Source: a virus
Lineage: Duplodnaviria; Heunggongvirae; Uroviricota; Caudoviricetes
Reading direction: 5' to 3' (one strand)
Virus record (IMG/VR): IMGVR_UViG_3300013137_000008
DNA length: 64,000 bases
The number at the start of each line of letters is the position of its first letter. Position 1 is the stretch's first letter. Position numbers and translations under genes: made by a program. Below are positions 58,718-64,000 of the stretch, piece by piece. A model generated the notes under the pieces. That model worked only from the letters and a program-made list of their open reading frames with translations. It made no database searches and had not been told where the DNA came from.

Positions 58718-59460
58718 ACCGGCAGAATTCTTTAAAACTGAACATCCCCGATAGTGTCTGTGTGGTAGGGTGTGGCGGTATTGGCAATTGGGTTGCGCTT
58801 TATCTTACATTAATGGGGGTACGTTCGCTTTGCTTATTTGATGGCGATAAGGTGGAAATCCATAATCTCAATCGTACTATCTTCTCAAAAGCAGACATAG
58901 GCGAATACAAAACAGATGCGCTTAAGAAGATACTTAATGCTATGCGTAGCGTGAGCATCTTATCATTTACAAGTGAGTGTTCGTCTATTAAATTAGATAG
59001 CCTAATTGAAAAACCTGATGTTTTTATGGATTGTACAGATAGACATGAAGTGCAGTTAACAATGGCAAAATGGTGTGAGAACAATAAGGTGCGATATATT
59101 AGGGTTGGGGCTAATACAAACCATATTACTGTGACTTCTAATGTAAATACATGGGGTGAATCTAAACAAGAACAATGTGGCGTTACTATACCAAGTTGGG
59201 TTGCCCCAGTTGCTCTTGTAGCAGCTTATGCTATAACAAAGCTTGCTTTGAATTCAGGCTTGGAAGTCAGTATGTCATTGGATGATGAAAACACTATTCC
59301 TGATGGAATATCTGTTGGTGAACGAGAAGGGCTAGGGAAACATAATGATATTCCTGTTTATCGTACCCTAGAACCCTTTTCTTCTCCTAATGCCAATATT
59401 CCTAATGATTGGCTTTGCTCTGAATATAGAGAAGAAGTCTATAATCAAATACGGAGATAA
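58708..59460 (+). CDS. E1-like ThiF/MoeB-family adenylyltransferase
   Basis: VCVVGCGGIGNWVALYLTLMGVRSLCLFDGDKVEIHNLNRTIF...GEYKTDALKKIL...VFMDCTDRHEVQL: Rossmann GxGxxG, D-x-D and conserved DCTD motifs. Confidence 0.85.
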   Translation: MELDRQNSLKLNIPDSVCVVGCGGIGNWVALYLTLMGVRSLCLFDGDKVEIHNLNRTIFSKADIGEYKTDALKKILNAMRSVSILSFTSECSSIKLDSLIEKPDVFMDCTDRHEVQLTMAKWCENNKVRYIRVGANTNHITVTSNVNTWGESKQEQCGVTIPSWVAPVALVAAYAITKLALNSGLEVSMSLDDENTIPDGISVGEREGLGKHNDIPVYRTLEPFSSPNANIPNDWLCSEYREEVYNQIRR

Positions 59461-59462
59461 AT

Positions 59463-59672
59463 ATGGCTAAGATTTGTCCGATTATGAGCGCAGGATGGTT
59501 AGCAAACAAATGGGGTGCTACGATAGGTGGAGCCAAGAATACGAGTGTGTTAGATAACCTCGTAGAATGTAAAGAGGAAGTTTGTATGGCTTTTGAAGAT
59601 GGTGAATGTGGATTATGCAGTAAGCTAATTTCAACAATGAAATCTAAGGATATGGGAGTAAAAGAGTGTTAG
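59463..59672 (+). CDS. Small Cys-rich protein
   Basis: CP...C.EEVC...GECGLC...C; 69 aa. Confidence 0.4.
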   Translation: MAKICPIMSAGWLANKWGATIGGAKNTSVLDNLVECKEEVCMAFEDGECGLCSKLISTMKSKDMGVKEC

Positions 59673-60361
59673 ACTTAACAAAACCAATAGTAGATTGGAT
59701 GCCTAAGAATAAAACATGGTCAAGTGATGTGCAGGTACATGAAAAGTGTATCTTGAACAATGGCACAGTATATATGGATAGCTTGGTACATGACAAGGTT
59801 CGCATGTTAACAGGACAGATATCAACTGAATGGCTGGGATACCTAATTGGCAAGGTAGATGGGACAAAGGCTTATATAGAGGATATCTTTATCCCTGAGC
59901 AATCTGTGAGTTCGACTCATGTACACGTCAAAGATCAGGTTTTGCCTGAGAACATCATAGGTACAGTCCATTCACATCATACCATGGGTAATTTCCTATC
60001 AGGGACAGATCATAGGCATTTGGTAGGTAATCACGCTGTGACTATAGTTGCCTCACGGACTGGATTGATGTCTAAAATGCGGGTAAAAGCCCCTTGCGAA
60101 GCCTTAATGCTATTAGATGCCGATATTGAGGTTGAAGACTCTGCAATGCTTAAAGAATTTTTTGAACAGAATATAACCAAGATTGAGGGTAGTGGTGTTA
60201 ATCCTAATACTCCTAAATTAAACTGGGCAGGGAAAATTTGGCGGTATCCTGCCACTGTACTTTCCAATTGGCAGTCAAGGTCGGGTAAGAATGGTATTGT
60301 CGTTGTGGTAATTGTGGTTCTTTTGGCGTTGGCCTTGATACTTTATGGTAGAGGATTCTAG
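59666..60361 (+). CDS. JAB/JAMM (MPN) metallopeptidase with C-terminal TM anchor
   Basis: E...HSHHTMGNFLSGTD fits E-x(n)-H-x-H-x7-S-x2-D; C-terminal IVVVVIVVLLALALILYG. Confidence 0.8.
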   Translation: MLDLTKPIVDWMPKNKTWSSDVQVHEKCILNNGTVYMDSLVHDKVRMLTGQISTEWLGYLIGKVDGTKAYIEDIFIPEQSVSSTHVHVKDQVLPENIIGTVHSHHTMGNFLSGTDHRHLVGNHAVTIVASRTGLMSKMRVKAPCEALMLLDADIEVEDSAMLKEFFEQNITKIEGSGVNPNTPKLNWAGKIWRYPATVLSNWQSRSGKNGIVVVVIVVLLALALILYGRGF

Positions 60362-60603
60362 TGAGCGTTAGAGAGCGCAGATTACGTAACTTAGGTAGGG
60401 ATTATCCCAAGCTTGGTAGCTATAGGGGTGATAGTTCCCATTATAAAGGGCGGGTGTTATCAATAGGTTTAGGTAGGACTATTGGGCTAATATTTGTGTT
60501 AGTATCGCTAGCGGCTATTATTATGGCAGCGACAATGATTTCTCCAATGTTTCTTATACTTATGACATTAATAGCGATACCATTTATATTTGGGTATGAT
60601 TAA
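60361..60603 (+). CDS. Small membrane protein
   Basis: C-terminal TM helices. Confidence 0.4.
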   Translation: MSVRERRLRNLGRDYPKLGSYRGDSSHYKGRVLSIGLGRTIGLIFVLVSLAAIIMAATMISPMFLILMTLIAIPFIFGYD

Positions 60604-60605
60604 CA

Positions 60606-61088
60606 ATGACTATAAAAGAACGTAGAATGCGTAATTCATACACTTCTATCAATCAATCTAGTTGGGTACAGCCTCATTGTAAACAAAAGAAGCAACGATC
60701 TAGTCCCGCTAATTCTAGTCCTGATTGGGATGTTTTGTCCTTCTTGACGCCATTTGGCGTAGTTATATTGATAATTTTATTTTGCCAACCATTTTGTAAT
60801 GGAAATGAAGGGCAGGTTGCCCAAGAGGTACAAAAGTTTAATGCTATAGTCCAAAGTGATAATTACACTCAAATGAGATTTATTTGCTCTGGGGTAGCTG
60901 AGGCGGAAGCATTTGGCAAGGTAATAGAGTACAAAGATTCTCGTTATGGCTGGTTTAGAGAAATGGCTGTTAAGAATTTAGACGGGACTATTACTGAGAA
61001 GATAGGGCTTCAGGAAGGTAAAGCTTATCAAGTCTACGAGTATAATGGGCGTTACTTTGCATCTGAGATACCTAGTTCATCGCCGTAA
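60606..61088 (+). CDS. Hypothetical membrane-anchored protein
   Basis: One TM helix; 160 aa. Confidence 0.4.
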   Translation: MTIKERRMRNSYTSINQSSWVQPHCKQKKQRSSPANSSPDWDVLSFLTPFGVVILIILFCQPFCNGNEGQVAQEVQKFNAIVQSDNYTQMRFICSGVAEAEAFGKVIEYKDSRYGWFREMAVKNLDGTITEKIGLQEGKAYQVYEYNGRYFASEIPSSSP

Positions 61089-61141
61089 CTATTGCATAGG
61101 CTGATAAAACATGGTATAATATTATACAAGGTGGTGAAAGA

Positions 61142-61552
61142 GTGCATAGAATCTTACCGTGGATTTTAGTTATCGCAGTAGTGGCTATTATGATAATATT
61201 GTGGATTGTCAATATGCCACCTAAATCTGATGAAGCTAAGGCAAGTGGTGGGTTTTCATGTGGGTGTGCTGCTCCTGAAGATGATTCGTACATTTCGCTT
61301 GGTAGTGGTGTTATTACTAATATAGAATATGTGAAAAAGGGCGAGAAAACATACATAAAGTTCTTGATAGATGGTACTCCAGTAACACTTGATTTTGACA
61401 AGACAAAGACGGCAGACTATTCAGAAATATATGGTACTACTAATATAGAGGAAGGAATGTACTATTATATATATGAGAAAGGGGGTAGATTAATTTGGTC
61501 AACAACACCTAAGCCCACAAGGGATAGAAGTAAAGTAAATGAAAAGGAGTAA
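61142..61552 (+). CDS. NfeD-like small membrane protein (TM plus beta-rich C-terminal domain), SPFH partner
   Basis: GTG start; N-terminal TM; paralog of 62416..62895 (IDGTPVTLDFDKT...YYYIYEKGGRLIWSTTPKP). Confidence 0.45.
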   Translation: MHRILPWILVIAVVAIMIILWIVNMPPKSDEAKASGGFSCGCAAPEDDSYISLGSGVITNIEYVKKGEKTYIKFLIDGTPVTLDFDKTKTADYSEIYGTTNIEEGMYYYIYEKGGRLIWSTTPKPTRDRSKVNEKE

Positions 61553-62375
61553 AAGAGTGAAGGAATTTGAATGGAACGGTTGGAGCACTGCAGGTGTCAT
61601 ATTGGCGTTTATCTTTGTATTGATTACATTGATTGGTGGTATAGTGACTACGCCTGCTGGTCATACTAATATCGTGCTACAGTTTGGCAAAGTAGTTGGG
61701 ACTAAGGCAGAGGGGTTGTCTTTTAAGATGCCCATAATTGAGAATGTGGTTACTATGAGTTTGCAGACTCAACTATATTCGGAGTCGGCATCTGCGGCAA
61801 GCAAGGATTTACAGGATGTGAACACAAAGGTAGCAATCAACTATCGTGTCGATCCTATATATGTTTCTGAGATTTATCGTACTTTAGGAGTGAACTATAT
61901 AGACAAAATAGCTGCTCCTGCTGTGCAGGAAGTAGTCAAGGAAATCACAGCTCGCTATAATGCTGAAGATATGATACTTAGGCGTGCAGATGTCAAAAAC
62001 GACATCACTAATTCCTTGAGCCAACGTTTACGTGAGCGTGGGATAATCACTGAGACAGTCAATATAACTGACTTCAAGTTTTCTCCAGTGTTCACTCAGG
62101 CTATTGAATCTAAGGTGTCTGCATTACAGGCAGTCTTAGAAGCGCAGAATAAGCTTGAGCGTGTTCGTGTTGAGGCGCAACAGGCTAAAGCGCAAGCTGA
62201 GGGTGAAGCAAATGCGGCAGTGGCAAGGGCAGAAGGTCAGGTCAAAGCCATTGAGATTCTGAAAGCCGCCTTAACCCCTGAGTATCTTCAGTATATCTAC
62301 ATTGATAAATTAGCAAAAGATGCTAAGGTTATTGTAGTTCCACAGGGTATGCCTCTAACTCTTTCGGGTTATTAG
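61539..62375 (+). CDS. SPFH/band-7 (stomatin/prohibitin-like) protein
   Basis: N-terminal TM, SPFH core, Ala/Gln/Glu-rich coiled-coil tail AQQAKAQAEGEANAAVARAEGQ; true start may be the GTG at 61557. Confidence 0.7.
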   Translation: MKRSKRVKEFEWNGWSTAGVILAFIFVLITLIGGIVTTPAGHTNIVLQFGKVVGTKAEGLSFKMPIIENVVTMSLQTQLYSESASAASKDLQDVNTKVAINYRVDPIYVSEIYRTLGVNYIDKIAAPAVQEVVKEITARYNAEDMILRRADVKNDITNSLSQRLRERGIITETVNITDFKFSPVFTQAIESKVSALQAVLEAQNKLERVRVEAQQAKAQAEGEANAAVARAEGQVKAIEILKAALTPEYLQYIYIDKLAKDAKVIVVPQGMPLTLSGY

Positions 62376-62415
62376 AAGCAAGAATGCGATAAAACAACAT
62401 GTAAGGTAGAATAAA

Positions 62416-62895
62416 GTGCTTAAATACATAAATTGGTTCATTGTATGGGTAATTGCATCAGTCATAGTAGTATTTGCCACGGGTGGTATATCTACAGATA
62501 ATGTTACTGTACCACAAATGTCGTGCGAGTCTAAAGATATGCAGAAAGTGGATAAACCTACTGAGAGTGTACAAACTAAGGATAACTTTAGCTGTGGGTT
62601 TAGACTCTCAGGGTTAACCCTTATATCTAAGGGCATTGTGCGTAATATAATGATTGATAAAAACGCAGAACCAAACACAATCTCATTTGAGGTGGATGGT
62701 CAGCCAATGACTTTAGATTATGACAAGACGGTATCTCGTAGTAGAATAGACGTGCAGATATATAATAAGGATGGGAAGAAAGTTATAGAAGAAGGGAAGT
62801 ATTATTATATCTATGATTGGGACAATTTTAGAATAGTATGGTCACAAACACCCAAAATGTTGGATGGAGGTTTATTAGCGGATTTGAAAGAGTGA
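62416..62895 (+). CDS. NfeD-like small membrane protein (paralog of 61142..61552)
   Basis: N-terminal TM; VDGQPMTLDYDKT...YYYIYDWDNFRIVWSQTPK. Confidence 0.45.
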   Translation: MLKYINWFIVWVIASVIVVFATGGISTDNVTVPQMSCESKDMQKVDKPTESVQTKDNFSCGFRLSGLTLISKGIVRNIMIDKNAEPNTISFEVDGQPMTLDYDKTVSRSRIDVQIYNKDGKKVIEEGKYYYIYDWDNFRIVWSQTPKMLDGGLLADLKE

Positions 62896-62949
62896 AGATT
62901 GGTTTTGTAAGTACGGATTCAAAATAAAACATAAGGAGCGTTTTAGAAA

Positions 62950-63867
62950 ATGGTAGGTCTTATATTCATCTTGGTAGGTGTAGGTCTATTCCTAATCTTG
63001 GCATTGGCAACTTCTATATTTACAGTCAGACAACAGACGGCAGCGGTTATTGAACGGTTTGGCAAGTATGTGCGGACAGTGGGGCCTGGTATTCATATGA
63101 AGTGGTTTTTTGGTATTGAGTCGATTGTCGCTCGCCCAACTCTCAGAATTAGCCAGTTAGACTTGAAAATGCAGTCAAAGACTAAGGATGATGTGACTGT
63201 GACTTTGCAACTGGCAATCCAGTACGTGATACCAACTATGGATAAGATTTGTGATGCGTACTACAAGCTTATCAACCATGAACAGCAGATTGAATCATGG
63301 GTATTTGATGTAGTTCGTTCTAAAGTCCCTAACTTGACTATGAACGAGGTTTATGAGAACAAAGACGAAATCGCTAAGGACGTAGAGGACAGGCTTAAGG
63401 AACGGATGCACATCTATGGTTTTGAGATCGTGAGGGCGTTGGTGAACGATGTAATTCCACCTTCTAAGGTTATGGAAGCGATGAATGAAGTTAATACTCA
63501 GCAAAGGTTACAGGTTGCTGCTTCAGCAGAGGGTGAGAAGAACAAAATTCTTACCATCAAAGCCGCAGAAGCACAGAAGGAGAATAAGATTCTCCAAGGT
63601 CAGGGTATAGCAGGAGAACGGAAAGCTATCATGGAAGGTCTTAAGGAAGCGGTTGAGGACTTCAAGAAAGGCGTACCTGGGGCTACTTCCAATATGGCTA
63701 TGAACCTTTTGGTTCTCACTCAATACTTTGACACTCTCCAGACTTTTGGCAAGAGCACAAACGGCAAAGTTGTCTTGCTACCGTCTAACCCTGGAGCTGT
63801 AGGTGATTGGCAAAACCAGATACTATCAATGCTTGTGGCTGGTAGTGAAACTAAGACAAAGGAGTAG
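62950..63867 (+). CDS. SPFH/band-7 protein (second copy)
   Basis: N-terminal TM; QTAAVIERFGKYVRTVGPGIHMK...; AAGGAG SD. Confidence 0.75.
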   Translation: MVGLIFILVGVGLFLILALATSIFTVRQQTAAVIERFGKYVRTVGPGIHMKWFFGIESIVARPTLRISQLDLKMQSKTKDDVTVTLQLAIQYVIPTMDKICDAYYKLINHEQQIESWVFDVVRSKVPNLTMNEVYENKDEIAKDVEDRLKERMHIYGFEIVRALVNDVIPPSKVMEAMNEVNTQQRLQVAASAEGEKNKILTIKAAEAQKENKILQGQGIAGERKAIMEGLKEAVEDFKKGVPGATSNMAMNLLVLTQYFDTLQTFGKSTNGKVVLLPSNPGAVGDWQNQILSMLVAGSETKTKE

Positions 63868-63872
63868 TTAAA

Positions 63873-64000
63873 GTGGGGATATTTGGCAAGGATAAAGATG
63901 AAGGTCAGTCAGTTAAGAGTAAATCCAGTGGTGTGATTGCTCAATGTTCACTTTGTAATGAATACTTCTATATTGAGCAGTTAAGGGAAATGAAATACAA
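63873..64000 (+). CDS. Hypothetical protein, 5' partial (runs off window end)
   Basis: GTG start after AAAGGAG; open to the window end. Confidence 0.35.
   Translation, partial: MGIFGKDKDEGQSVKSKSSGVIAQCSLCNEYFYIEQLREMKY

Noticed and set aside
1-64000. tRNA, rRNA and integrase/att sites
   Set aside because: No cloverleaf-like GTTCGAATC/T-loop candidates or rRNA-like stretches were recognised by eye, and no tyrosine or serine recombinase-like ORF was found. Their absence here does not exclude them elsewhere in the element.

Overview
This 64 kb window looks like part of a large phage or other mobile element of a bacterium, and it appears AT-rich by eye. The host looks bacterial: several consensus sigma70-type promoters (TTGACA-N16-18-TATAAT) and GGAGG-type Shine-Dalgarno sites are present. 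No rRNA, tRNA, CRISPR array or integrase was found.

Positions 1-11053 and 12133-29646 are packed with short minus-strand genes, many encoding small Cys-rich or zinc-ribbon proteins that fall into paralogous families. Among them is a replication and recombination set: DnaB-family helicase, bacterial-type SSB, a RusA-like resolvase, HTH_17 (Xis/AlpA-like) regulators and a J-domain protein with a DnaJ-type zinc finger. The block also carries an HD phosphohydrolase, a nucleoside 2-deoxyribosyltransferase-like enzyme, a free-standing HNH endonuclease with NUMOD-like repeats, an IS4-family DDE transposase insertion with an N-terminal SWIM zinc finger, and a CDS holding about 19 tandem 24-bp repeats.

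Positions 30.5-41 kb encode three co-directional giant secreted proteins with fibronectin-III-like arrays and C-terminal membrane anchors. The first two are each preceded by a small IS1595/InsA-like zinc-ribbon gene. A second HNH-NUMOD endonuclease follows, then a 3312-aa giant protein with an HExxH zincin motif that resembles the 'polyvalent' proteins of phages and conjugative elements.

The most interesting part is a plus-strand operon at 54972-60361. It encodes a ThiS/MoaD-like ubiquitin-like protein, a glycine-zipper membrane/coiled-coil protein, a multi-Cys/His zinc-finger protein, a TelA/KlaA-like protein, a small zinc-finger protein, a candidate E2-like protein, a ThiF/MoeB E1-like enzyme, a small Cys-rich protein and a membrane-anchored JAB/JAMM peptidase. 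It is driven by tandem consensus promoters and preceded by four GTGAAC-N4-GTTCAC palindromes. Two duplicated NfeD-like/SPFH (band-7) gene pairs follow it. Only ORFs I consider real are listed; antisense ORFs inside large genes were discarded.
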